From: a virus
Virus record (IMG/VR): IMGVR_UViG_3300042516_003452
Location: 1 to 64,000 of that record
Reading direction: 5' to 3' (one strand)
DNA: 64,000 nt
Below, in pieces: positions 18,167 through 28,126 of the stretch. Made by a program: the position numbers and the translations under genes. Positions within the stretch are counted from its first letter, which is position 1, and every line of letters starts with the position of its first letter. The notes below the pieces were generated by a model. It ran no database searches and was not told where the DNA came from. It worked only from the letters and a program-made list of their open reading frames with translations.

Positions 18167-20856
18167 GTAAACCCTTTAAACAGGGAAGTAAATTCACCAA
18201 GAATCTTTTGAGCACTCTTGGTTTTTGTTGGTTCTTCTTCGTCATCTAACAGTTTAAAATAACTGGATCCGGAGGATACAGAACCAGCCTTGGTGCTATC
18301 AGTAGATGTCTTGGTAGTTGAGCTGGTATCACCAAATAGTCCTGTCATCGAGCTAAGGGCTTGGAACGGATCATCACTGGTTAGTCCTGCATAAGCACCA
18401 CCGAGCTGTAGACCTTTCTGAGAAGCTCCTTGTTCCAGGAGTTGCATTTCACCTTTGTCTACATCGGTCATAAAACTGCCGTAGAAGTCGTCTTCACTTC
18501 CTTGGTACCCAGCATCTTTGAAGATCTTGTAAAGGGTTGTTGCGTAAGGAGAAGTGGAAGGAGCAGCGTCCTCCGCACGTTGGATGTAATCAACGCCTAG
18601 CTCTTTTTGAGAAGGAGTCTTGCCTTTTTCGTTTAGATACTTAATAGATTGACGAATATTAATAGCATTACCTGTGCGGAACTGATCAGCAATATATTGT
18701 TTGACTTCGTCAATTCCCATGCCTTTACCTGCGATGCCGATGGTGGCAAGCATTTTATCCCACTCTTCTTTATTGGTTTCGGGGCTAACGCCTTCAATCA
18801 CACTGTCAGCAAATTCTTCTGGTGTTACAAACTGCAAGAAGTTGACATCAGCAAGTTGGATGTCTTTGGAGGCGATCTCCGGCAGAATCTTAGTACTAAT
18901 GTAATCACTTGCATCTTTTAAAGTGAGAACATCTTTTGCTGGATCAAATCCTTTGGATGCACCAAGGACTTGATAGTGAAGTTGTGCGAACTGATTGCGG
19001 TCATTAATGTTTAAACCGTAGTAATAAGCCCATTGATTCCAAGTCCAGTTAGTGCCTGGCACCACGGAAGAGCTGTCGCGTTTAGCTGTTTCCCAGTCAT
19101 TGGCAACTTGGTTGCGCTGTTCTTCGTACTTAGCAAGCTTTGGATCACCAACTTCAAAATTGCCAGTGGGATTCATGTAAAAGTCAACATTGAAATTGAG
19201 TGGGTCCCTTCCGTATACGTCATCCAAATACGCTTGTGCTCTAATTTCTCCGATGTCACGCAACTTTGCCAGAGCAGTCTGAACCTCAAATACATTTTTA
19301 TCCTGCTGTTGTAGTTCCAAGGTTGAGATAAACTCACTCATCGACTTAGAACTATCAAAGCGAGGCTTCAAATATTCATCAATGTAACGCTTGGCAAATT
19401 CGGCATCGAGTGTATATGTTTTGCTTGGGTCCAGGGGGTCTTGTACCGTGATGCCTTTTTCATAATTACCAGCAAGTTGTTCTTCAAACCACTTTTGCCA
19501 GTTGTAGGTAACTCCGTTGAAGGTCGGAATACCCGTTGCACTTGCCAAACTTTTCTCAAGACTTTCCTGCGCCTTAACTGGGTTGGTTACAAAACCCAAA
19601 ATCCCGCCAATCCCACTGTCTCCAAGCAAAGAGTTAGCAATGGTTTCATTGATTGAAAGAACTTCATCAAAACCTTCAAGTCCTTTATAAAACTCAAAGT
19701 CCCTTTCCCTTTGTTTTGCCTTCAGTAGTTCACCGGCAGCTTGCTTAAGGGAATCGGTTGTTAATGAACCAAACTGCTGTTGTACTTGTTTTTCTTTTGC
19801 AGCAAGTTCAGCTCCTACCTTTTTGCCAAGGATTGTTTCCTCTCCGCCACCAAGAACTTTGTCGCGGTACATCTCATATTCAGCATCTGTCAGATACTCT
19901 TCATAAGCATCGGCTAGGTCTGCGTACTGCTCTTCATTACCGCGATATCCGGCTGCCTTGCCCTGGGTCGTATAGTGCCAGTGCATGTAGCTGTTGAAAG
20001 AGTATCTACCTGTGATATCAAGGTCTGGCAAGTAGTACCCATCACCAAGATCGACTCCTTCTTGCGCTGCATCCCAGCTATTCTCGGCATCAACGCCACC
20101 TTGCGTGAATTCGCGGTAATAAGAGGCATCAAAGCCGCCAGTAGGCGGTTGTGCACCTTTAGAAGAATCCCAGGGGGCAATCTTCTTTTGATACACGGCG
20201 GAGAGCGCTATTTCTCCATCGTTAGCAATTAAATCGTTAAAGCCAATATCGCCAAGCCTTCCTTTAAGACTCTGCATCAAGTTTTTGTAAGTACCGTCTT
20301 GTGCATTATTAAACGAGTTAACGAGCTGATCGTATTTATTTCGGGCTTGACTACCAATAGCATCGGGTGCGGCAATGAAAGCCTTACCTTCATTGTTGAT
20401 GCCAATCTTGGCACCTGGCAGAATGCGGTCTTCGTTTCTACCGTTGTTATTCCAATGGTTTTGTCCCCATTGTTCCGCGCTTTGTTCGTAATACCTAGGT
20501 AATTCCCTGCCTTCGTTTCTGCCGTTATTTTGCCAATGAGCACGGCCCCAGTCTTCTATCGACTGCGTAGGCTCGTCTCTTGGTAGATTACGACCTTCAT
20601 TCCGTCCGTATTTTTGCCAGTGATCACGACCCCATGCTTCTTTGTCTTTTGAGCCAGACTTTTGAAATGCGTTTAAAAGATCGGCGTAAGAGTTGACATA
20701 TTTTCTGAAATTTTTTTCACCTGTATTTTGGTATGCCTGAAGAAGATCTCCGTTATCGCGAACATACGCCTCAAAATCTTTAACGCCAGTTGCTTCATAG
20801 GCATTTGTAAGATCTGGGTAAGTATAAACGTAATCTTCGTAGACTCCCATCAGCAC
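18163..20856 (-). CDS. Large virion-like protein with nested repeats
   Basis: 897 aa; Y..Y.DL and WG..HW...GRNEGR repeats. Confidence 0.7.
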   Translation of the reverse strand: MLMGVYEDYVYTYPDLTNAYEATGVKDFEAYVRDNGDLLQAYQNTGEKNFRKYVNSYADLLNAFQKSGSKDKEAWGRDHWQKYGRNEGRNLPRDEPTQSIEDWGRAHWQNNGRNEGRELPRYYEQSAEQWGQNHWNNNGRNEDRILPGAKIGINNEGKAFIAAPDAIGSQARNKYDQLVNSFNNAQDGTYKNLMQSLKGRLGDIGFNDLIANDGEIALSAVYQKKIAPWDSSKGAQPPTGGFDASYYREFTQGGVDAENSWDAAQEGVDLGDGYYLPDLDITGRYSFNSYMHWHYTTQGKAAGYRGNEEQYADLADAYEEYLTDAEYEMYRDKVLGGGEETILGKKVGAELAAKEKQVQQQFGSLTTDSLKQAAGELLKAKQRERDFEFYKGLEGFDEVLSINETIANSLLGDSGIGGILGFVTNPVKAQESLEKSLASATGIPTFNGVTYNWQKWFEEQLAGNYEKGITVQDPLDPSKTYTLDAEFAKRYIDEYLKPRFDSSKSMSEFISTLELQQQDKNVFEVQTALAKLRDIGEIRAQAYLDDVYGRDPLNFNVDFYMNPTGNFEVGDPKLAKYEEQRNQVANDWETAKRDSSSVVPGTNWTWNQWAYYYGLNINDRNQFAQLHYQVLGASKGFDPAKDVLTLKDASDYISTKILPEIASKDIQLADVNFLQFVTPEEFADSVIEGVSPETNKEEWDKMLATIGIAGKGMGIDEVKQYIADQFRTGNAINIRQSIKYLNEKGKTPSQKELGVDYIQRAEDAAPSTSPYATTLYKIFKDAGYQGSEDDFYGSFMTDVDKGEMQLLEQGASQKGLQLGGAYAGLTSDDPFQALSSMTGLFGDTSSTTKTSTDSTKAGSVSSGSSYFKLLDDEEEPTKTKSAQKILGEFTSLFKGFT

Positions 20857-21188
20857 TCACCAAAAATAAAAGTTGATTCTTGTTTAACCCAGGCTTCAAT
20901 CTTACCAAGGGTTTCAGAAGAAAAGAAGGTTTGCTTTTCGAACCAGCTCTTCATGTCTTCCGAGCCTTTGTGGGCGTTGCAACGCCGGCAGCAAGGAAGT
21001 AAATTATGGCGGTTAGAAGAGCCAGACTTAAACCTTGGGACAATGTGATCCAGGCTTGTTGCGGAATCTCCACAATAACCGCACTTGTAATGCCAGGCTT
21101 CGTATATGCTCTCTCTGAACTTTTTTTTTGCAAGTTTGGGCGTGATTTCAACTAGCAGGGCGAGGGGCTCGTGCTCGTTGCAAAACAT
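20850..21188 (-). CDS. HNH endonuclease
   Basis: CGYCG..ATSLDHIVP..GSSNRHNLLPCCRRCN..K. Confidence 0.9.
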   Translation of the reverse strand: MFCNEHEPLALLVEITPKLAKKKFRESIYEAWHYKCGYCGDSATSLDHIVPRFKSGSSNRHNLLPCCRRCNAHKGSEDMKSWFEKQTFFSSETLGKIEAWVKQESTFIFGEC

Positions 21189-21272
21189 GCTCTTCAATTG
21201 CCGTTAATTTATTCTAAATTCAAGACACATTCCCGCGACCAAACTAAAGAGATAAAAGTTTCCTTAAGGGTG

Positions 21273-21300
21273 TTGACAGGTACTTGACGCCAGATATGGT
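21273..21300 (+). promoter_or_regulatory. Sigma70-like promoter
   Basis: TTGACA-N16-TATGGT upstream of HTH gene. Confidence 0.45.
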
Positions 21301-21325
21301 ATTGAGGCACGCGTTACTCCACGCC

Positions 21326-21544
21326 ATGACCACCGCCAACGGATGGGTGTCCGTTCAGAAAGCAGAAGAGATCTTGGGCATCGACCGCAAGACTCTATTC
21401 AAGTACCGCGATGACGGCACCCTCAAGCTTGGTCCGCACTTCGCAGCGTTCCCTGGGTGTCTTTCCCGTGATGGCTACCGCTGGAACACCAAGGCCGTCA
21501 GGAAGCACCTGCAAAAGCAAGGGATGATGCCGATGGCTTCTTGA
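21326..21544 (+). CDS. Excisionase-like HTH protein
   Basis: WVSVQKAEEILGIDRKTLFKYR...GPHF...YRWN. Confidence 0.7.
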   Translation: MTTANGWVSVQKAEEILGIDRKTLFKYRDDGTLKLGPHFAAFPGCLSRDGYRWNTKAVRKHLQKQGMMPMAS

Positions 21545-21920
21545 TGGACCGATAGCAGTCCTTCCGAAGGCGATGGGCCAGGATTAAATCAGTGATGTTC
21601 AGCTGAAAGTCCTGATAAGCCATGGCTTCGTACAGACGAGAGCAAAGGGTATCCCAGCAGCTCTGCAGTGCGCAGGGCTGTTTTTCTTTGAGACCAAACA
21701 ACAAGACCCACTGAGGGTGCAGTGGGCGAACGGGGCGTTTCTTTTGTGGTACCAGGACAGAGTCCTCCGGTCCCCAGTCGAAGGTGAAAAGCTCTTCAGG
21801 CTTGAGGCCATAGGTGGCAATCATGCCGTAGAGCCAAGCGATGTCTTTAGTTTTACGGTTGAGGACCAGGCGGAAATACTCATCTACAATCCGCTGATCC
21901 AGAGGCGGCTGGTGAGTCAT
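21498..21920 (-). CDS. Truncated/degenerate tyrosine-recombinase-like protein
   Basis: WLYGMIATYGLKPEEL resembles box I with R replaced by K; VRPLHPQWV; only 140 aa. Confidence 0.55.
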   Translation of the reverse strand: MTHQPPLDQRIVDEYFRLVLNRKTKDIAWLYGMIATYGLKPEELFTFDWGPEDSVLVPQKKRPVRPLHPQWVLLFGLKEKQPCALQSCWDTLCSRLYEAMAYQDFQLNITDLILAHRLRKDCYRSIKKPSASSLAFAGAS

Positions 21921-22030
21921 AACTGAGATGAGCTGGATACCGGCACCATATACAGCGGTGGTACCAGCTGGCAAGGGGTAAAGAATTCCTTAATAAGTCT
22001 CGTGAGACTTAATATAAGTATACATGATTG

Positions 22031-23560
22031 CTAAGGTTTGTAAGGTTTTCCATCCTTATCAAACATTGTGAAGCCCTGCATCAGTACGAAGTCTGTAGGG
22101 ACGTTAAACAGTTTCTGCATCATCGGCATCATCATTGAGCTCTGACAGTTGTACGGTGGTACGTCCATCTGCGACAACGAGAATCTATTCAAGACAGAGG
22201 ATTTAATTGATTGTTGTTCGCTTTCAGTTTGATCCACTAGCTTTTGCTCCCATTCAACCATGCCTCCTTCTTGGACAGGAAAATCAGAAGGCTCTGGCGG
22301 GAACGTTTTATCTGCAAACTTCAGGGCGTAGATATGTTTGCAGTAGCGCATTTCATCGAGCAAGGGTTCCCAGTTGTCGTTCAATGCGGTCACTACACCC
22401 TGAGACGTGTCGTAGTCCGTGTACTTCGGCATACCTTCTGCCGCAGATCCAGGAATAGCAGGGTCTCCAGTACTCCTTAAGAACGTAGCACCAAAGTCTC
22501 GGAAATTACCAGGTCTATCCCTTGTTGCTTGGTTGTCTGTGACTGTGTCTGCAACAGTTGGAGGTAATTCAAACCCCTCTGGTGCGTACACTTCCATGGT
22601 GCGGTTGACCTGCGCACTTGTCATTGCACTGTTATCAAGAACTCCATTGAGCTTGGTAACTTCAAAACGACCTGGCTTAACAGACGCAACACTGCTTCTT
22701 GGGTAAAGCTTCTTGAGTGGCTTGTTAATGTCACGCATGAAAGCGTAGTCCCGGTGCGTAAAGTCCTGACAGGAACAGCAGAAACGAGGACCAGTAATTA
22801 AATAGCGCCCAGGCGTAAAAGCTATTGGAGACGGAGTTAAGTACTCTTTGTCAGGCGTGGTCTGCACCGAGCCAGCTTTACGGACAGTCAATACACCGGT
22901 AAACGGATTGGTATCGACCAAAACTGCAGATATATAGCCATAGCGCTTTTGTGTTGTCGGATCAATCGAGTCACGGTCAATGATGTCACCACCGACAGTA
23001 ATGACTCTGTCCTCCAGGGTTTCACTGTTAAGTGGCTTAAGACCCCCTGGTACACCTGGGATTGCAACATAAAACGGAGGAGGCAGAGGATTACTGACAC
23101 TCCAGTTACCGGCGAGTTTTACATACCAGTTTGTCTTGTCTTCTGTGATGGACTCAATGAAAAGACGTTGTCCTGTACTTGGATCCAATAAGCGGTCGCT
23201 GCGCATGGAACCGGCATAACGCCAGCCAGCCCAGTGCATTCCCATTTCTTTGTTCTTGGTTGGGAAACCTACAAACGTCCCGGAAATAATGGGAGCAGGG
23301 TTGGCGACAGAACTTGGTGTGCCAGACGGTACAGGAATTTGGTATTGAAAAGGATATGTATAACTGTTGTCGTAAAAAGTGGCGCAAGCTATTTCAAAGC
23401 CGCGTCTCCAGCGGGACCAAGCCGACTCACGGTTGGCACTATAGATTGAATCTGGAACTGAACCTTTGGAGAATTCAGTCGTGATTGGCTTGACGCCTGC
23501 CGGTTCGATGAAAGGTGTTTGACTGAAATTACCAAAGGAGTTGTTGCTCCTTTTGGCCAT
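22031..23560 (-). CDS. Hypothetical protein with split SWIM-like zinc finger
   Basis: FCCSCQDF ... YCKHIYAL. Confidence 0.65.
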   Translation of the reverse strand: MAKRSNNSFGNFSQTPFIEPAGVKPITTEFSKGSVPDSIYSANRESAWSRWRRGFEIACATFYDNSYTYPFQYQIPVPSGTPSSVANPAPIISGTFVGFPTKNKEMGMHWAGWRYAGSMRSDRLLDPSTGQRLFIESITEDKTNWYVKLAGNWSVSNPLPPPFYVAIPGVPGGLKPLNSETLEDRVITVGGDIIDRDSIDPTTQKRYGYISAVLVDTNPFTGVLTVRKAGSVQTTPDKEYLTPSPIAFTPGRYLITGPRFCCSCQDFTHRDYAFMRDINKPLKKLYPRSSVASVKPGRFEVTKLNGVLDNSAMTSAQVNRTMEVYAPEGFELPPTVADTVTDNQATRDRPGNFRDFGATFLRSTGDPAIPGSAAEGMPKYTDYDTSQGVVTALNDNWEPLLDEMRYCKHIYALKFADKTFPPEPSDFPVQEGGMVEWEQKLVDQTESEQQSIKSSVLNRFSLSQMDVPPYNCQSSMMMPMMQKLFNVPTDFVLMQGFTMFDKDGKPYKP

Positions 23561-23562
23561 GA

Positions 23563-24336
23563 TCAGAAGAACCCGCCTTGAGCAACGATGTGAGCGCCTG
23601 GGGTGTAACCAGAGGAGTTCACGCCATCTGCGTAGACACCCACATAAATACGGTCGCCACGCTCTAGGTAAACGCCACGGTTACGGAGGGGAGTGCCGTT
23701 GCCAAGTCCCGTGGTGTTACCAGCGGCTACGGTAGGAACTGCTAATTCAGGCATCACGTCTGAACAGTCAACACGCTGGGTATTAGCCGGGACTTGTTTG
23801 GCGAACAGAACCCGATAGTCACCAGACGCGGGAATGGGCTGGGTAGTGCCACGAGTGTGGTAAAACACGAAGGTCACTTCCGGCTGGTAGCCGTAATTCA
23901 CACCGTTGTAAGCAAAGCCACTAGAGGTACCACCTGAGTACTTCAGAGAGGTGTTAACACCAGTAAGCGTGGTTGTACCTGTGTAGGTGTAATAACCAAA
24001 GCCACTGGCAGCAGGAGTACTAACGACGCCAGTATCAAAGACCAAAACCACCTGACCACTGGTCAGGGAGATAACAGTACCAGAAGTACCACTCGAAATA
24101 ACGTAGTCCGCATCACGATAGTAATCGTTGCGGACGATAGAGATTGAATCAATAACACCGCCGTTATTGTTGTCTTCTTCCAGTGCGGCGTCCATGTCCA
24201 CCAAGATGGAAGGAGCCTGACCACCCTGCACAAACAGAGTGGTAGGCGTGCCAACTGTCTGAGTCGTCACCCGGACCGCATCCACCAGGGGACGGTCAAC
24301 TAACAGTGGCTGCTTATTAGTGGCTGTAGATGACAC
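23563..24336 (-). CDS. Putative structural protein
   Basis: T/G-rich, YLERGDRIYVG, late-region context. Confidence 0.6.
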   Translation of the reverse strand: MSSTATNKQPLLVDRPLVDAVRVTTQTVGTPTTLFVQGGQAPSILVDMDAALEEDNNNGGVIDSISIVRNDYYRDADYVISSGTSGTVISLTSGQVVLVFDTGVVSTPAASGFGYYTYTGTTTLTGVNTSLKYSGGTSSGFAYNGVNYGYQPEVTFVFYHTRGTTQPIPASGDYRVLFAKQVPANTQRVDCSDVMPELAVPTVAAGNTTGLGNGTPLRNRGVYLERGDRIYVGVYADGVNSSGYTPGAHIVAQGGFF

Positions 24337-24368
24337 TTTACTGCTTTCTATTTAATAGTCATTATAAG

Positions 24369-25052
24369 CTATTGACCCATCGTCCCCAACAGGTTCATGA
24401 ACTTACCCAACGTGCTGTTTGAGCTTGTTCCTGAAGCAGGAGAAAAGATAGGAGCAAATAACTCCTGAGCAAAACGCAGAAGCGTAGGATTTTGTCCCGC
24501 TAGTTCCTGTGGTTTGGGCTTGGCTGCTGGACCTGGCGCTGCTGGAACAGAAGGCAAGGCAACAGCATTAAACATACCAACACCTTTTTGATATGTCGTG
24601 GGGTCTAAAGGGTTGAAGTAATAATTACTTTTCCCTGGAACCGGCATGTAATCACTAGGTTTTTTACTTCCATAAGCAGCGACTCCGCGAAAAGATTGCG
24701 CACCTTTGGATTTTTTAAACGCTTCACCAACAAGAGCAGGGTTATTTACAATGTTGCGAATACGTTCAAATTCAGACTGTCCACCGAGAACGCGCGCTCC
24801 AAAAGCAGGATCAGCTAATTGCTGCATTGAATAATCAAAAACAGCTTCATACTGACCAGGGGCTTTTGCAATATTGCGAATATCAACACCGCCCCAATTA
24901 CCTTTTAAACGGCGTGCAAGTACGTTGGCAGCAACTGTTGCAACATCTTTTCCACCCGCACCTCGATAGCCTTCAAGGCCAGAAAGTATTGCAAGTGCGT
25001 TTACTTCTTCTGGCTTTAATTTGAAAGCTTCTTGTACTGTTTTGGGTGCCAT
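24369..25052 (-). CDS. Cell-wall hydrolase (SleB-like) virion protein
   Basis: LEG..VAANVLAR...AKAPGQYEAV. Confidence 0.5.
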   Translation of the reverse strand: MAPKTVQEAFKLKPEEVNALAILSGLEGYRGAGGKDVATVAANVLARRLKGNWGGVDIRNIAKAPGQYEAVFDYSMQQLADPAFGARVLGGQSEFERIRNIVNNPALVGEAFKKSKGAQSFRGVAAYGSKKPSDYMPVPGKSNYYFNPLDPTTYQKGVGMFNAVALPSVPAAPGPAAKPKPQELAGQNPTLLRFAQELFAPIFSPASGTSSNSTLGKFMNLLGTMGQ

Positions 25053-25065
25053 GGCGATTGTCTCT

Positions 25066-25182
25066 TTATTCTCCTACCCAATTTGAGTCTGCGCGGAGAC
25101 CAGGAACAAAGACAGCTTGTAGTGCAACAACAAGACTGAGTTTGGTAGTCAGGCGTTTGACAAAATTAGGGCAAAGAATCAT
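25066..25182 (-). CDS. Small hydrophobic peptide (38 aa)
   Basis: MILCPNFVKRLTTKLSLVVALQAVFVPGLRADSNWVGE, downstream of a family B RNA motif. Confidence 0.45.
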   Translation of the reverse strand: MILCPNFVKRLTTKLSLVVALQAVFVPGLRADSNWVGE

Positions 25183-25236
25183 TGGTCTAAAGCAACAACA
25201 CTGGCCTCCATGAATCAAAGATTCGTATCCAGCTGG

Positions 25237-25263
25237 TTGGACTTACATGCTGAGCAATGCCAA
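25237..25263 (-). ncRNA. UAAGU-bulge hairpin motif (family B)
   Basis: UUGG-CA-UUGCUCAGCA-UG-UAAGU-CCAA. Confidence 0.6.
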
Positions 25264-25267
25264 GTAT

Positions 25268-26341
25268 TTATTGTAAGCGAGTGACAGGTGCAGGGGTCAC
25301 AACTTGGCCAGGACCAATAAGCATTGGCGCACCGCCTGCTTGGTAACCAAGCAATTCCTGCATCAGGGGGTTATAGGAGCCAACAACACCACCCTCTTTA
25401 CCAAGAGCAGTAGCGCCGTACTTCTTGCGCCAGATCTCTTCACCAAGCTTTTCAGCTGCCTCAATTTGAGCGGTAGTAGCTCCAGGGGCAGCAGCTGTTT
25501 TGCGCATAGAGCTGTAGCGCTGCATGTCAGGGTTCTGACGTGTTAATTGCTCAATACGTGACTTCTCTTGAGCAACAGCACGTTCACGCATCTGGGCTTG
25601 AGGATCAAAAGCCGGAGCTTGTGGAGCTACAGAACCCAAATCAAGTGAGTCAGGAGGGGCTGGTTTGGGTGCTGTCTCGGGGCCAGCATCCATATCCCCC
25701 CTTGGGTACCAATTTCCATCAGAGCCTTTGTAGCCAAGTACACCACCTTTAACAAAAGGTGTCCCAGCTGACGCATTCGTAAAGGATGTTGGCTTGGGAG
25801 GAAGTGGCTTTGTATTGGGGATAAAGGGTGCCGCTAGAGAGGCAACGGCAGGAGTAACAAGATTCCCAAGGCCAGGAGGTCCCATTAAAAGTGATGCGGT
25901 TTCAAAAGCACCGCCCCAGCCTTTCTTCTCTTGTTCACGTCCATATTGTTGAATTACCTGAGGAGTAATACTCCCGAAGAAACGATCAACCGCCGGACCA
26001 ACACCGCCCAGAGCAGTCTCAATACTTCTGGTTAAACCAGTTGGATCTTGGTTAAGAGCAAAATCTGCAGCTGGTAAACCAACTGTCAGTCCCACAGTTG
26101 CCTGCGTCATAGGCATCGCAGACACGCCTTTCACGGTTTGAAGAGCCTGCTGCGTCCTTGTGCCTTCTGATAAAAGTCTTCGACCAGAAAGTCCTAAGGC
26201 CCTGTTTCCAATTAATCCTTGAGACCTAAGAAAGTCATCAAGGTTTTTTTGAGCAGCACTGAGTGCCGGTTTTGCAAACTGCGTCGCTCTCGTTCCAAGA
26301 GGACCAAGTACAGATTGTGCTCTACCAAGTAAACCCCACAT
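25268..26341 (-). CDS. Hypothetical virion protein
   Basis: 357-aa A/G/P-rich ORF in structural block. Confidence 0.6.
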   Translation of the reverse strand: MWGLLGRAQSVLGPLGTRATQFAKPALSAAQKNLDDFLRSQGLIGNRALGLSGRRLLSEGTRTQQALQTVKGVSAMPMTQATVGLTVGLPAADFALNQDPTGLTRSIETALGGVGPAVDRFFGSITPQVIQQYGREQEKKGWGGAFETASLLMGPPGLGNLVTPAVASLAAPFIPNTKPLPPKPTSFTNASAGTPFVKGGVLGYKGSDGNWYPRGDMDAGPETAPKPAPPDSLDLGSVAPQAPAFDPQAQMRERAVAQEKSRIEQLTRQNPDMQRYSSMRKTAAAPGATTAQIEAAEKLGEEIWRKKYGATALGKEGGVVGSYNPLMQELLGYQAGGAPMLIGPGQVVTPAPVTRLQ

Positions 26342-26343
26342 AA

Positions 26344-26805
26344 TTATCTCCAGATCTGATGTAAGTAAAGACGAGAACCAACGGCGGTGTCGGCGGGACC
26401 AGGTAATGCCTGGATGAATTCAGCACCAGAGCGTTCGTAACGGTATCTGGCTTGGAACGGATCCTTGTAGTTCGGGACGTAAAGGATGCCGGCAAGGCGA
26501 TTGGTTTCGTAGAGGTAAACCTCATCCCAAACCTTCAGCGCCTCTTTGGCGTTACTTGAGCGGATCGTACGATCCACGTCACCAGCGATGCTTTCTAACC
26601 GAGTAGAAGGAGAAGTTGCAACCTCTGTCTTTTTCTCGGCAGTATCACAGCGGCCAATCTGAATAGCGATCTTGTCGTAAAAATACGAGTCAGGGACCGT
26701 ATTCATCGCCTCTTCCAGACGGGCATAGTCACCCGCCGGCACGGAAACCGTGAAGTAGCCCAGGTGATACCGGACCCTACTTTTGTCAAAGTCGGATAAC
26801 TGCAC
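26344..26805 (-). CDS. Putative head-tail adaptor
   Basis: DKSRVRYHLGY N-terminus; downstream of capsid genes. Confidence 0.55.
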   Translation of the reverse strand: MQLSDFDKSRVRYHLGYFTVSVPAGDYARLEEAMNTVPDSYFYDKIAIQIGRCDTAEKKTEVATSPSTRLESIAGDVDRTIRSSNAKEALKVWDEVYLYETNRLAGILYVPNYKDPFQARYRYERSGAEFIQALPGPADTAVGSRLYLHQIWR

Positions 26806-26844
26806 CGCTTATTTCCGTATGTTTTTCATTATAAATGACGTGAA

Positions 26845-27591
26845 TTATTGAGCTTGAGCCTGGGCTTGTTGCAGTGGATTCAACAATGGACTTTGCGGTG
26901 CGAAGGCAGACATCTGCTTAATGAAGTCCATGGAAGAAGAGGACGGCTTAAACAACTGTGAGAAAATTTGATTTTGTAAATTGTCTTTGATGTAGTTAGC
27001 CAGGAATTCTTGCTTAGTTTCTTCTTCGGTTTTAGCGGGAGCCGGAAGTTCTGGGGCTGGTGGAACTTCCATTGGAAGCGTAAGATCACCGTCAGGTTCT
27101 GGGCGGTCAATATTACCGTGACCAACACGAGCAATAATGCGGCCAGTGGGATCTAAAGACTCAGAGTAGTAGCCATATCCGCCACCGCTACCACGGCGGA
27201 CTTTACCCCCTGGTACAGCAGGTAGATAAATGGACGCATCCTCTACAGCTCCTTTATCAAAACGACTCTTGCCCTTAAACGGAACGTAGAAATCTAAAGA
27301 ATTCCATCCCTGATGGCGACTATGACTATGTGCAGCTGCTGCACGATTCAGAAGATCAATCTTGTTCGAAAGATCAGCAGTGAGGTTCCAGCGTTGCCCT
27401 GATACTGCAGGATTGGAAAACTCGATATCACGACCAATGGATTGGTATTGACGTGCCAAAGCATCTACCATTTTTGCCTTCTCGGCCACTGGAAGGGAAT
27501 CGAGAAGTTTTAAATCAATGTGATAGTCAGTAGATCCGCCAATCTTTGCACTGGGACCCGTAAAACCTGATCTAGCAGTTGTATAAGACAT
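26845..27591 (-). CDS. Hypothetical protein with M23-peptidase-like motifs
   Basis: YHIDLK, SLDFYVP, GGGYGYY...VGH. Confidence 0.45.
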   Translation of the reverse strand: MSYTTARSGFTGPSAKIGGSTDYHIDLKLLDSLPVAEKAKMVDALARQYQSIGRDIEFSNPAVSGQRWNLTADLSNKIDLLNRAAAAHSHSRHQGWNSLDFYVPFKGKSRFDKGAVEDASIYLPAVPGGKVRRGSGGGYGYYSESLDPTGRIIARVGHGNIDRPEPDGDLTLPMEVPPAPELPAPAKTEEETKQEFLANYIKDNLQNQIFSQLFKPSSSSMDFIKQMSAFAPQSPLLNPLQQAQAQAQ

Positions 27592-27615
27592 CCCTTTTTA
27601 TTTTTTATTGTAAGA

Positions 27616-27647
27616 CTAAAAAGCCCCCGGTTTCCCAGGGGGTTTAG
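27616..27647 (-). terminator. Intrinsic terminator after capsid operon
   Basis: Minus strand: AACCCCC stem...GGGGGC then TTTTT. Confidence 0.65.
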
Positions 27648-27662
27648 TAGGAGATGAGTGTA

Positions 27663-28091
27663 TCAGACGCGGACTAAATCAGCGGCAAAAACAGCATCCC
27701 AATCAACACGCTTAATTTGCCTTAACTGTTCGAGATTGTTGAACCTTTCACCCGATAAGGACATCTGAAGATCTTTAATCTCACGGGCTGTTTTCAATCC
27801 GATACCCTTAATATGATCAGCGATCATTTGGGCGGTAGCGCCATTGATATTTAAACGGTTGTCCGGGGGGAAAGTGCGAGGCTCTTCCTTTGCTGCTTTA
27901 TCTTTTACCTGAAGGGTCTGAACCTTTTTGGTAGCCGCTTCGTCGGGCTCAATCTCGTTTTTGTAAACGGTAAAGAGGCGACCGTCCTGATCTTCGACCA
28001 TGAACCAATCGCCGTTATCCCATTCACTTACAACTTTGACACGAGCCCCAGTTTTTTTATGCTGAAAAAGCATCGCTGGAAGAGTTGTCAT
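27663..28091 (-). CDS. Helix-hairpin-helix (ComEA-like) DNA-binding protein
   Basis: LNINGATAQMI..IKGIGLKTAREI...RFNNLEQLRQI. Confidence 0.75.
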   Translation of the reverse strand: MTTLPAMLFQHKKTGARVKVVSEWDNGDWFMVEDQDGRLFTVYKNEIEPDEAATKKVQTLQVKDKAAKEEPRTFPPDNRLNINGATAQMIADHIKGIGLKTAREIKDLQMSLSGERFNNLEQLRQIKRVDWDAVFAADLVRV

Positions 28092-28126
28092 AGGACCAGT
28101 TATTTACTGGTCCTAGTTTAACTCAA

